Shown here piece after piece: positions 52,301 to 63,700 of a stretch of DNA of 64,000 nt. How positions within the stretch are numbered: the stretch's first letter is position 1; every line of letters begins with the position of its first letter. The position numbers and the translations under genes are program-made. Location: assembly GCF_002113885.1 (NCBI RefSeq), contig NW_018408838.1:477108-541107 (forward strand). The letters run 5' to 3'. Under the pieces are notes generated by a model, which was given only the letters and a program-made list of their open reading frames with translations, was not told where the DNA came from and ran no database searches. The DNA comes from Mizuhopecten yessoensis (lineage: Eukaryota).

Positions 52301-55300
52301 GTGGCTGTTCTCAAGTATACTCTGTATACCAGTAATATGATTCCTGTGTGTAGAATTACTACACACAACATACGTATGACATTGAAGTCAGAATGTTCTT
52401 ACCTTGGGAGACAGTCCCCAGTTATGGTGATTGGCTGTTACATTAAACAAGGTCAGGGAAGTCAGTATGTCTGTTGGTAAGTCTGCAAACAAACGACTTT
52501 GTCCAAAACCTACAAACAAATCAGCAATAACTGACACAGTCTGACTTAATTTATCCGATGTGAAAGCTAATCCATGTGCTCGAAGTATTGTAGGACACAT
52601 TGACACAGAGAGATAATGTTATACCTGTTAAGAGAATGCCTGAATATAAAAAAAATTGATAGACATACCTTCTGTGATGACATATGAACAATGATGGACA
52701 TACCTGATGTAGACCTATCAACAGATGGGCATAACTGATATAGACCTATCAAGAGATGGGCATACCTGATGTAGACCTATCAACAGATGGGCATACCTGA
52801 TGTAGACCTATCAACAGATGGGCATACCTGATGTAGACCTATCAACAGATGGGCATACCTGCTGTTAGGAAACTTGAACAGTGTTGGACTTACATTGTAC
52901 AAGTTGTTAGGACACATGGACAGTTTAAATGTTACGGTTGTGGTCAGATGTACATACATTGTATATGGTCAGATGTACATATACATTGTATATGGTCATA
53001 TGTACAAACATTGTATATGGTCAGATGTACATACATTGTATATGGTCAGATGTACATACATTGTATATAGACAGTTGTACATACATTGTATATGGTCAGA
53101 TGTACATATACATTGTATATGGTCATATGAACATACATTGTATATGGTCAGATGTACATACATTGTATATGGTCATATGTACATACATTGTATATGGTCA
53201 GATGTACATACATTGTATATGGTCATATGTACATACATTGTATATGGTCAGATGTACATACATTGTATATGGTCATATGTACATACATTGTATATGGTCA
53301 GATGTACATACATTGTATATGGTCAGATGTACATACATTGTATATGGTCAGATGTACATACATTGTATATGGTCAGATGTACATACATTGTATATGGTCA
53401 GATGTACATACATTGTATATGGTCAGATGTACATACATTGTATATGGTCAGATGTACATACATTGTATATGGACAGATGTACACACATTGTATATGGTCA
53501 GATGTACATACATTGAATATGGTCAGATGTACATACATCGTATATGGTCAGATGTACATACATTGTACATGGACAGATGTACATACATTGTGTACCTGTT
53601 ACAATGTAAGGACATATGGACATGCCTGTTGTTAGGACACATGGACAGTAATGGACATACATTGTATTAACTGTTAGGACGTATGGTCAGATGATAATCA
53701 TATAGACATAATACTGTCAGGACACATGGACAGATGGTTTAAATGTAACTGTTGTGAACATACATATGTAAGGACGCTAGGACAAATGGTCATATTTATG
53801 GTAATGCCATAGATGGTCATAAGTGTTGTCAGGACATGTTCACTTGGACAGATATCATAACTGTTGTGAACATATGGACAGATGGACAGACTTGAAGTAA
53901 GGACAGGTAGACATACCTTCTGTGAGGACACATGGACATATGGACACACCTGCTGGTATGTGGACAGGTGAGAGATATATATATAGACATACCTGATGTG
54001 AGGTTGAGGGGCATCATTCTCTGAGCATGAAGGTGGCTTAGGAGGTCTTGACCTGATGTAAGAACAGTCAGCTGCTGGAATCCCTGACAGGTACCCCACA
54101 AGGGGAAGTAATCTCCTTTGTCATTAGCCTGTATTATGAACATGTTTGAGAATAAAAGGGATTCAAATTTGTTGTAATAAGGCTACATCCTTTAATGATT
54201 TCAAGTGCAACAACAGAGAATATTTTAGTATTTCAAGTGCTTGCAATTATTATGAGATGTGCATAGTCTAAAATCAGCCTTACTCAAGTGCATCTTACAT
54301 TGTACAACATGATCCCTTTTCTAGATGTTGTCATTGATTTTTATGTGTTTTTATATCTAATATTAAAAATTATTCATTTGACACCACTTGAATGCTACAG
54401 CACAAAAAATATACTAAGCCACATTCTGCCTTCTGTAGGATCTGACCTATGACCTTCAACAGGCAGACATACTACCACCTGGCCATTGAGTTCAAACTGT
54501 GAGCTCACAATAAACCAAAAACATTTACAGAAGATACTTTGGTCTGGCTATTACCTTCAGAGCCATATTGTATAGAAGTTTGGCTGCTTTGGCAAAGTAG
54601 GATGTCAGAATGTTGACGCCTCCACCAGGAAACACCACACTGAAAAGAAGTTGAAATAATGTAAACCGCTTTTAAGGAGTCCCCAGATTAAAACCTAAGT
54701 AAAGGGAGATAACTTCATTACTAATACTATTAGCTGTGTACATTATTACTTTCTCTTGTTTCGGAGAATAGCGGGAAATATTTGTCTTGTATAAACAGAG
54801 TATACGAGGGCAGTTGCCTGTCTCGTGCAGAGGTTTTGACCAATCAGATTGAGGCACATGCTAAGGGTAGTTTACGGGTACGTGTATGATCATTCTAGCT
54901 TCGCACCTCGCACGGCGTAGTACAGCTGGAAATAAAATTGTAGCAGAATTTTATGTTTATGTAACAGATGTATGTGTGGGCATCGTCATATTTAGGAAAT
55001 CCCAGCATCAATTTTGTAAAAAACCTTAAGCATTGTCGGGCTGGTACACCTCCTGTCGCGCCTAATAAGGTTTTCAGGTTGGGTGGCGCGCTTGGTTTTA
55101 CGTTAAGAGATGTAGGGCAATGAACCATGCGAGGGTATATGTGGGAGGATTGTTTGTGTGAACGGTAAATGAAGTCAGAGTAATTATTTTGTTAATGCGT
55201 ATTCATTATATTCATATTATATTTATGAATAAATGCTGACTCCGTTCGTGCTATCGGTCGAGCAGCTATTTGCTATTTACAGCTGTAGGTGTTGTGTTGT

Positions 55301-57058
55301 GTTTGCCTAGGTACATATAGAGGACATATAATTGATGTCATGTACTATTTCTTTACACAATTTAGTTTAAATCTGTTTTAATACTGTTTAGTTTTAATCT
55401 TTTATATAAATGTAGATAAAGAAAAAATGCAAACACAAGCATATTTACTTACCCATTAATACTTTTGAAGATAGTCTCATAGTACAGGTCATTCTCCTTT
55501 ACTCTGTAAAAATATTCTACAAGGTAATAACTAGAACATGTATATTGTTAATACTCCTAAACAAAGTGATAATAATCTCATAGAATTTGTCACACTCCGA
55601 AACAAAGTAATGATGATCTCATAGTGTTGGTCACACTCCTAAACACAGTAAAGATAATCTCATAGTATTGGTCACACTCCTAAACACAGTAAAGATAATC
55701 TCATAGTATAGGTCACACTCCGAAACACAGTGAAGATAATCTCATATTTTTGGTCACACTCACAAACACAGTGAAGATAATCTCATAGTATTGGTAACAC
55801 TCCTAAACACAGTGATAATAATCTCATAATATTGGTAACACTCCTAAACACAGTCAAGATAATCTGATGGTATCGGTCACACTCCTTCACACAGTAAAGA
55901 TAAATTCATGGTATATATAGGTCACACTCCGAAACACAGTGAAGATAATCTCATAGTATTGGTCACACTCCGAAACACAGTGAAGATAATCTCATAGTAT
56001 TGGTCACTTCTGAACACATTAAAAATACTTTGCATCTCTCACCTCTGAAAGGTTTGTTTCACTTGGTAATGAAATTTTCCAATGAAGTTCAGAAAAAAAC
56101 CCATTTTTAGTGAATTCTGGTTTAAATCCTTTTCAAAGATCAATTATCCAAAATGTGCAATTTGTTATTTAACTTTTGAGATTTGAGTTTACTTGAGAAA
56201 ACCTAAACATTATACACAGATGCCAAACTGGGCTAAGCTTATATGACTAGTGGTTATATGTACCTAATGGGCACTACCATTGCGCCCCCGGACTCCAGCC
56301 ACTTCACGTAGGTACTAGGGATGTATGTGTCACCATAGTCACGATCAATGGGATCACAGCTTTGAGCCAATACACCTGTTAATTATGCCAGACAAATTTT
56401 GTAAACTTACATTATTCAAACATATGCATACAATGTATGTTTAAAAATTCAATCTCATCTCATAATTTTGATTCTATTTTTTCAGTATTATTAATTATTA
56501 TGCGAATATGTTCCTAAAAGAACAACAACTGCATGTTTGCATAGTTCTCATATTTTTTTAATGTAGGGATCCGAAAAACAACAACAGCTGTATATTTGGT
56601 TCTCTGACCTAAATTCTCTTTATATAATATGACTAGTATTATATGACTAAAACAACAACAACAACAACAACAACTACATGTTTGGTCCTGCTACCTCAAT
56701 CTTTCCATACCGGACACTGTTGAACCTTATTCCAAATACAGTTGGTTTTTATAGTCCTCTAAACGAGGAATGGTCACCAAATTAACATGACACCTTACAC
56801 CCAAAGTCCCCTCAGGGCAAATTAAACAAAGAATGTAGAGTCCGACAACTGGAGAGACAAAACATTTTAAGTGAAAATATTGGTTATGAACTAACTTGCA
56901 AAGCACTCCATGAGTTTCACTACACTCACAGCCCTAAAATGTCCCTACAGTACATGAATCTTACCAATGACTGGTCTTCCGTTGAGCTTGCCATCACAAA
57001 CGGTAGGTCCCACCAGTATAATCAAAGAGATGACCAGAGGATTGACAGGGCTGGACAT
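49305..57058 (-). CDS. GGH: Gamma-glutamyl hydrolase (peptidase C26), 317 aa, 9 coding exons: complement(join(49305..49441,50586..50723,51360..51453,52403..52509,53993..54128,54555..54639,55453..55503,56264..56375,56965..57058))
   Basis: All nine exons have GT-AG boundaries with matching phases (954 nt in total). Signal peptide then NGRPVIGVLAQ, YIPSTYVKWLESGGAMVVPI, KSINGVVFPGG, catalytic Cys in DYFPLWGTCQGFQQL, VTANHHNWGLS, FISTFEA, catalytic His in YPIYGVQWHPEK, and YFADFFVEECRKSDHQF. Confidence 0.97.
50841..51041 (-). mobile_element. tRNA-derived SINE remnant (V/Meta-type core) in a GGH intron
   Basis: Minus strand reads GGGACCGTGGTGACCAAGTAGTTA head ... GGTTTTCTCCAGGATTCTGGCTTTCCTCCACCACC core ... 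GATGTAAAACCCAAACAAACC tail. Confidence 0.7.
51651..52281 (+). mobile_element. Non-autonomous Helentron/HINE element in a GGH intron
   Basis: 5' AAACAAAAAT...ATGTGTCACCTGCG, internal GTGACCTTGACCTTTGACC, an (ACGCC)n microsatellite, and a 3' ATGTGTCACCAGCTTTTCGCAGGCCACACAAAAA hairpin that repeats the 5' motif. Confidence 0.8.
52699..52862. repeat. 31-bp tandem repeat (~5 copies) in GGH intron 5
   Basis: Unit CATACCTGATGTAGACCTATCAACAGATGGG. Confidence 0.92.
52938..53592. repeat. 25-bp minisatellite (~26 copies) in GGH intron 5
   Basis: Unit TGTATATGGTCAGATGTACATACAT. Confidence 0.96.
55545..56010. repeat. 41-bp minisatellite (~11 copies) in GGH intron 2
   Basis: Unit GATAATCTCATAGTATTGGTCACACTCCTAAACACAGT(A/G)AA. 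Confidence 0.93.
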
Positions 57059-58061
57059 CGCTGCATACAAGTGTGTTAACATAGGAAACTGTATGCTCAA
57101 CCAGATACAGCTGCCTTATCCTAATTAAGTAATGTAAAGGAGAAGGCTTTAATTATTCAGCAAACATCATGATAAAATAAAAATAAATGTGATAATCATT
57201 TATATTCAGTTGGTAGAATTAAGAAAAGTGTATTGTATGAATCCAAAAATATGACAATTTCTTCCCCGTAAATCTCAAAAAAAAGTTCCATCACAAAACG
57301 AAAGTAGAATTTTGCTTTTACATTTTGTACATAATCTTCATGCTCAACTCTTGCTTTTGAAATTCACATTTTTATTTTACTTACTGCAGAGAAAAACAGA
57401 ATCCGACAATGGTTTGCTGCTTCACAGACGGGGATTTATGTAATTGTTCCAGTTAGTCTTACTCGCCTAAGACAATATTTTCCGACGTTCTTCCTCGTGA
57501 CATATAATATAATGATATATAGGCCTATATATTGTGTGGAATGAGTGGTCTCCCCGTCGGGCGCCTACTAATTACAGCCCGGTACAGCCCGGTATAGCCC
57601 GGTACAGCCCAGTAGACTTACCAGAAAAAAAACGTTTAGTTGCTGATTTAAAGAGTGATATTTATTTTTTCAACATTTATGAGGTCATAACAACAATGGG
57701 TTTATGGACATATTGAATGAATCGCGTTAGCGATTCATGTGTTTTGTAATTTGTAATCAGCCAAACCATACGCTACATCTGAAATTACGCGTTCTATTTG
57801 TAATATCGGATTGGCCGGGCTTTCACTTGTATACCTTTACCGAATAATTTACTTCGCCATCATGCTNTGTGGTGTTTTGTAATTTGTAATCAGCCAAACC
57901 ATACGCTACATCTGAAATTACGCGTTCTATTTGTAATATCGGATTGGCCGGGCTTTCACTTGTATACCTTTACCGAATAATTTACTTCGCCACCATGCGT
58001 TTCGCTGTATCATATATTATATATATTTACATAACTTTTATAGTTCGAATTTCAAATAAAT

Positions 58062-58255
58062 GGATGGTCGGGTGGCATAGTAGCTAGCACATTTGTCTTT
58101 CACCATGGCGGCCGGGGTTCGATTCCCCGATCGGACATGAAAACGTATGGAGTCACCTGCCCAACGGAGTGGGTTTTCTTCGGGTACTCCGGTTTCCTCT
58201 CACAGTAAGACCATCCGCGCGATAATAAGAGTGATTGGTTGAAGATGTAAAAACT
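58062..58255 (+). mobile_element. tRNA-derived SINE with a V-domain-like core
   Basis: Box A TGGCATAGTAG, box B GGTTCGATTCC (58116), and core GTGGGTTTTCTTCGGGTACTCCGGTTTCCTCTCACA. Confidence 0.85.
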
Positions 58256-58792
58256 TGTTTCATAATTTTTGTAAAATATATAAAGTTTATACATATATTC
58301 AAATAGACTGCACAAAATTTACTTTTCCATTTTTTTAAAAAATCTGTGGTGACGATGTCGTAAATATCCTATTAATTGTCTAGACCGCTCGGAGCCTTCA
58401 GCAAAAACTTCACTTAAAACCGTTTACTAGAGTCATATACTGCATATATGTTACTAATTTGATACACACAGATGTAACATCATTAACCGCGTGCGAAATA
58501 TTAGAACATCTTAACAAATTGGTAATTGATATGGCAGTCAATCTGAACTGTTTTCATGACATTCTGTAAAATATCTTATTCGTGTATCGAAATTAAATGA
58601 GATATTCATTACGCTATACATACAATTTCTGATATCATATATGCATCTCATATACTATATAAGATTCTCTTTTTAATTTTTAGGATCTGTCATATGTCAG
58701 TTACCTCGTATACTATGAAGATTTATTAAGTAGGAACGCGAATTTAACAATGTATCGAAAAAAATGCTCCCTACCCGGAATCTTCAGATATT

Positions 58793-59254
58793 TCATAATC
58801 TTCCCAACTGCAGTATTGAAAATGCTTTTTGAATGAAAGTTAAATTGTCTTGCCAAAGATTGAAATTTATCACAGAAGTACGTTTATTTGTCATGTTGTT
58901 TAGGTGGACCCCGTCATGACTGATGAACTTGTTTTTCATGGATGCGTGGTTCCAGAAAGTGAAGATTCCCTGGTTGCTGGTAATCTTCAAGATGTGGTTT
59001 ATCTTTCTCCTCTTTTTATGGTATTCGCCTTGCGTCATCTGTCTGGGTCTGGGTCTTGGGAACAAAGAGCCAACGATGACATGTTGGACTCCTAACATTC
59101 GGATGTATGTTGCCAAGTCATTGAGTTCTTCTGCCACGCTTTTTGCCGATCTTCTACGGGAAATATCATTGGAGCCGACCTGGAGAAATACGATTTCAGG
59201 GGTAAGACGTCGTATGATGTCGGTGTCCTTAGTCAGTGTGCATCTTATCCTCCT
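58793..59254 (-). pseudogene. SGNH/GDSL hydrolase domain fragment, probably retroelement-derived, truncated by the assembly gap
   Basis: PEIVFLQVGSND (SGNH block III), VIVGSLFPRP and SHDGVHLN (block V, DxxH). Confidence 0.75.
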
Positions 59255-59784
59255 NNNNNNNNNNNNNNNNNNNNNNNNNNNNNNNNNNNNNNNNNNNNNN
59301 NNNNNNNNNNNNNNNNNNNNNNNNNNNNNNNNNNNNNNNNNNNNNNNNNNNNNNNNNNNNNNNNNNNNNNNNNNNNNNNNNNNNNNNNNNNNNNNNNNNN
59401 NNNNNNNNNNNNNNNNNNNNNNNNNNNNNNNNNNNNNNNNNNNNNNNNNNNNNNNNNNNNNNNNNNNNNNNNNNNNNNNNNNNNNNNNNNNNNNNNNNNN
59501 NNNNNNNNNNNNNNNNNNNNNNNNNNNNNNNNNNNNNNNNNNNNNNNNNNNNNNNNNNNNNNNNNNNNNNNNNNNNNNNNNNNNNNNNNNNNNNNNNNNN
59601 NNNNNNNNNNNNNNNNNNNNNNNNNNNNNNNNNNNNNNNNNNNNNNNNNNNNNNNNNNNNNNNNNNNNNNNNNNNNNNNNNNNNNNNNNNNNNNNNNNNN
59701 NNNNNNNNNNNNNNNNNNNNNNNNNNNNNNNNNNNNNNNNNNNNNNNNNNNNNNNNNNNNNNNNNNNNNNNNNNNNNNNNNNNN
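59255..59784. other. Assembly gap (N run)
   Basis: About 530 N. Confidence 1.
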
Positions 59785-59829
59785 TTTTAAGATTATATCA
59801 GATAAGTACTGCTGTCTGTTACGAGAATA

Positions 59830-60445
59830 ATTAACACAAGTAAATAAAAAATGAAAGTTGTCCTCTATCGGAAAGCCACAAACACAACAAGGTGAGTCAG
59901 AAAGGTTTTGTGGAATATAAATGTTGGTTTAATGAGCTACATTGTAGTCGGAGTCTAGCATGGAGTATTTGACCTTTGCGATTACCAGTATAAAAATAGT
60001 TTGGTGCATGTCTGATACTGTTATTATCAAGATGTGTTTTTAGTACCTTAACTGATGAATTTTCTCTGATATTTAGTGGTAGTTCATTCCAGAGGCGAAT
60101 TGAAGAAGGTAAAAAAGATTCATTATATAAGTTCGTTCGTGTTTGTACAGTTTTATGTAAGTCGGATCTTGTATTGTATGTATGGCTGTCAGAAATTCTT
60201 GAAGGGACTAGAGAAGATAGATAGTTCGGCGATATTTTGTTGACCATTTTATGATACTGTATTAATTTGTGTTTTCATTTGGTGTCTCTATATAGAAGTT
60301 CTATATTAGCTAATTTGGTACCCCCTGTAGCAATTCTGGCTGCCTCTAGTTGCATACTTTCTAATTTCTCACTTAGATAATTTGGTATATTGTCCCAGAC
60401 TATGTCAGCGTATTCCAGAATTGGTCTTATAAATGATAAATACAT
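59830..60445 (-). mobile_element. LINE (CR1/L2-like) ORF2 C-terminal fragment, frameshifted
   Basis: MYLSFIRPILEYADIVWDN...LESMQLEAARIATG, then MVNKISPNYL...YNTRS...SFLPSSIRLWNELP...HARLRLQCSSLNQHL and a SPCCVCGFPIEDNFHF zinc-knuckle remnant. Confidence 0.88.
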
Positions 60446-60982
60446 TTTCATTATTATCTCTTCTATTTATAATCAGATCTATGTATACTATTTAAGGGAG
60501 AAGAAATTTAAACGGGAATCTTTCGTGTTGCAATGAGGATAGCCTGAGCGCAATATATTAGACAGACAGACAGACAAACAGACAGTCAGAAATACTGATA
60601 TAAACCCTAACACGGACACAGAGACAGACAGACAACAGAATATGAACCTGGCCATATTATGATAACAAACAAAATTGAAGAAAAACAAGTTGAAAATATG
60701 ATTCATAAATATCTGAGACAGGCCATTGATTGATGTACAAGATAAACAGGAATCGTGCTGCTGTGTCCTACAGTGAGTGCAGTTTACAAAACAGACAGAC
60801 AGACGGACGGACAGAAATCAAACTTTCAACCTTGCTACAATATAACACATCAAAATTGAAAAACACACCTGAATATGTAGATTATTGTTGTTTTAAATAT
60901 TTTAGACATGTATGTGATTGGTGTACTAGATTGACGGGTATCGTGTTGGCGTGTCACTCTTCGCTGAATGCAACATACAAAT

Positions 60983-61064
60983 CCGACCGACAGACCGACA
61001 GACAGGCAGGCCGGCAGGCAGGCAGGGCCGGCAGGCAGGCAGACCGACAGACAGACAGACAGAC
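60983..61064. repeat. (GACA/GGCA)n microsatellite
   Basis: Tetranucleotide runs, with similar (GACA)n runs at ~60560-60635 and ~60790-60813. Confidence 0.85.
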
Positions 61065-62514
61065 ATCAGAATTCGCACCATGCCACATTATATATCCCCC
61101 CAAAAAAGTGAAAATACATCTGAATATATATGAGTTTGTTATGTCGTATATATTTCAGACATATTTGTGGTTAATACAAATGATTCATTTTTCAATTTTA
61201 ATTGATAGTTTAAGGAAAGTGCGAATTCTGATACGGCTCTACATAATGGGAGGCCTCCACGTGGCTAGAGCTGGACAACAATATCTAGTGGTTATGAAGG
61301 CTGATTAAGGCCATTTTTGCTCCTTGTGCTTTGTCCAGATATGACCATTTTCAGCCCCCATAGATAGTTGTTGACTAACGTCCCTAACGTCTACATGTTA
61401 CATTTTGGAATAGCGAGTCGAAATATGAAATCCAAGTGATGAATCTAATGATACTAATTCTATTACTCACTGGAACTTTGTGGTTTTACGTAAAGACTTC
61501 TTACGTAAAGAATGTGTCCTTTTTGTGTCCTTGTTTTCTTTGTCATGCTACACTTTCTGCAGTATTTTACTCTCTGTAAATGTATATGCATGACTACAGA
61601 GCTTCGTTTAGTTTATTTATGCATCCACATCTAAACGGTTAAGACGTTTAACTGAGCTGACGATATAACACGCGCGTTTTCAGCTTTATATAATAGCGTA
61701 TGTTTGAGATGTAACTAATTTAAAAACATCATAACTGTGCCAATTTTTAACAAAATCTCACAATTTCTCAGAAGACTCATTCAACACCAGAAGAGTTTTA
61801 GTTGAGCAAATACTGATACTGGCGAAGGCCCGGGCGAACCCGATGTTACAAATAACACTCATAATTTCAGCTTAATCGTACGGTTGAGAAGTAACTAGTT
61901 TCAAAACAACATAACTATGCCAAAAAATAACGTATTCTCCTATTTTTTCACTGGTGTTATATATACATCAGCAACTGAACGATTATTTTTTTTCTGGTTA
62001 CGTTTAAATCTAGCTAATGGTAAGATTTTTGTCAGCATTGTGTTAGTAACACACACATCTTAACAAATACAGGGTAATTATTGACTTAACGATAAAGATG
62101 AAAGCCCGGGCGGTCCCGATACTGCAAATAACACGCATGATATGAGCTTCAGCGTAATGTAGCGAAGTATCTAAAGTTAGATCAGCATAAATCTTTTTAT
62201 GATGAAGATATTTTCACACTGTCTTTTATGTTTTGTTTCTCATTCATTAAATAACCCGAGTAAAGTACTTAGATTAAATTAACTTTACAGGATAACGCCC
62301 GGGCAGTCCTAATATTGTAAATAACAAGTCCTGCAGTGTTGGTTAATTTCAAATTACAATAACTTGGCTAATTATGAACATATTTTGATATTTCTTTCAG
62401 TTTTGTATTTTTCGTTTCTAAAGATATGAGAATAAGTTACTTCAGTACAGTTTACTACACAGGTGAAAGCCCGGGCGGTGTTTGTATTGCAAATAACAAA
62501 CGTCTGGCGCTACT

Positions 62515-62621
62515 CATAGGTGGTGGGCACGTCTATCAAATAAAATAATAGAATATATAAAACTAGATTCTAGTTTTATATATTCTATTTTTTTTTTTGA
62601 TAGACGTGCCCACCACCTATG
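62515..62621. mobile_element. 107-bp fold-back MITE with CATAGG...CCTATG termini and 7-bp TSD CGCTACT
   Basis: Near-perfect palindrome (CATAGGTGGTGGGCACGTCTATCAAA...TTTGATAGACGTGCCCACCACCTATG). CGCTACT occurs at 62508-62514 and 62622-62628. Confidence 0.9.
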
Positions 62622-62888
62622 CGCTACTCCAGCGGGTTGTTGCGATGTTACAAAGTTCAAATAACCATAACTCGGTCAAATTTAATGATTTTTTCACCAT
62701 TTTTTGATCACTACATTCATACTGTTACAAACAATGCAAAAAAAATACAATCATAATGGTGTATAAGTGGAGACAAACGCCCGGGCGGTCAATATATCAC
62801 TAACGGGCTGTACCGGGCTGTACCGGGCTATACCGGGCTGTACGCCCGTACCGGGCTGTAATTAGTAGAACCGCCCGGGGTGTCGTGT

Positions 62889-62956
62889 ACTTCCGGTACG
62901 ACCCTTCGCAACCTTCGCTGCCTATAGCTATCTATCGTCGAGATTACGGTGTAAGT
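62889..62956 (+). promoter_or_regulatory. Possible promoter/first exon of a plus-strand gene running out of the window
   Basis: ETS-type ACTTCCGGT at 62889, a CpG-rich patch and donor GTAAGT at 62951. No coding evidence. Confidence 0.3.
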
Positions 62957-63182
62957 AATATTACATTTCGACCTTAACAGGGTTAATGACACAATGCCAA
63001 GGATTGCCGATTATTACCAATTGTATGAGAACTCCCTGCTGGCGGGCGCCATGGCTTAACCCAGGTTAGCTTTGCTCGCTGTACTATTCTTTTTTTGAAC
63101 ATTATTTAACTTTTCCTGTCGTAATGCAATGCAATGCATAGTGTGATATTTTGCTTTGTTTGTATTTTTCTATGCATTTTAT

Positions 63183-63326
63183 CATAGGAGCCTGAAGTTC
63201 TGTCAATAATGAATAACAATATTAACACAAAAAAATACCCCTAATATGTTATTTTTAAGCATATTAGGGTTATTGTTTTTGTATTACTATAATTATTCAT
63301 TATTGACAGAACTTCAGGCTCCTATG
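63183..63326. mobile_element. 144-bp fold-back MITE with CATAGG...CCTATG termini and 7-bp TSD ATTTTAT
   Basis: Arms CATAGGAGCCTGAAGTTCTGTCAATAATGAATAA and TTATTCATTATTGACAGAACTTCAGGCTCCTATG. ATTTTAT occurs at 63176-63182 and 63327-63333. Confidence 0.9.
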
Positions 63327-63375
63327 ATTTTATTCATGTTTTGACTTAATAATAGCTCTACAGTATATAGTTTAG

Positions 63376-63700
63376 GGTGCCTCCGTAGCCGTGATCGCTA
63401 ACGCGCACAGTCATTGTGCTACTGCAGCTGTGTGCTTTCAAGCGTGAGCTTCAGACCACTCGCTCTCCCAAGAATTTGGGTTCGATCCCCAGCGGTGGTG
63501 GAAAAAAGAGAGCGATGTCTGATAGGGTTAGTTGTTATCCCTCCGATGTCATGGTGGTTTTCCCCCCGTGGGTTTTCCTCCACCACGAAAACAACAGTTG
63601 TTCCCTTAGCGGCGTAGTAATAAAAGCTCTACTGTACGTACAGAGCTTAGGTTTGTTGTTGACAATTGTACTGGCGGTGACGACGTTAAATAAAAAGATA
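63376..63700 (+). mobile_element. tRNA-derived SINE (Meta/V-like core)
   Basis: Head GCCTCCGTAGCCGTGATCG, box B GGGTTCGATCCC (~63478), core GGTGGTTTTCCC...GGTTTTCCTCCACCAC and 3' GACGTTAAATAAAAA. Confidence 0.75.

Larger units (their letters stand above)
57565..62868. mobile_element. ~5.3-kb TIR-bounded, apparently non-autonomous DNA element with nested insertions
   Basis: The left end CTACTAATTACAGCCCGGTACAGCCCGGTATAGCCCGG (57565) is the reverse complement of the right end ...CCGGGCTATACCGGGCTGTAC...CCGGGCTGTAATTAGTAG (62868). Subterminal GCCCGGGC(G)G...AAATAAC repeats lie at ~61828, 62104, 62297, 62469 and 62779. No transposase or TSD was found. Confidence 0.7.

Noticed and set aside
52849-53670. 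His/Cys/Tyr-rich ORFs
   Set aside because: Translations of the 25-bp intronic minisatellite, antisense to GGH.
57739-57998. ~127-bp perfect direct duplication
   Set aside because: The copies are separated by a single N, so this is most likely an unmerged contig overlap or haplotype artefact.
58923-59834. 303-aa and 184-aa ORFs
   Set aside because: They are open only because they run through the N gap.
60730-61308. 192-aa ORF
   Set aside because: Largely (GACA/GGCA)n microsatellite translation with no domain signal.
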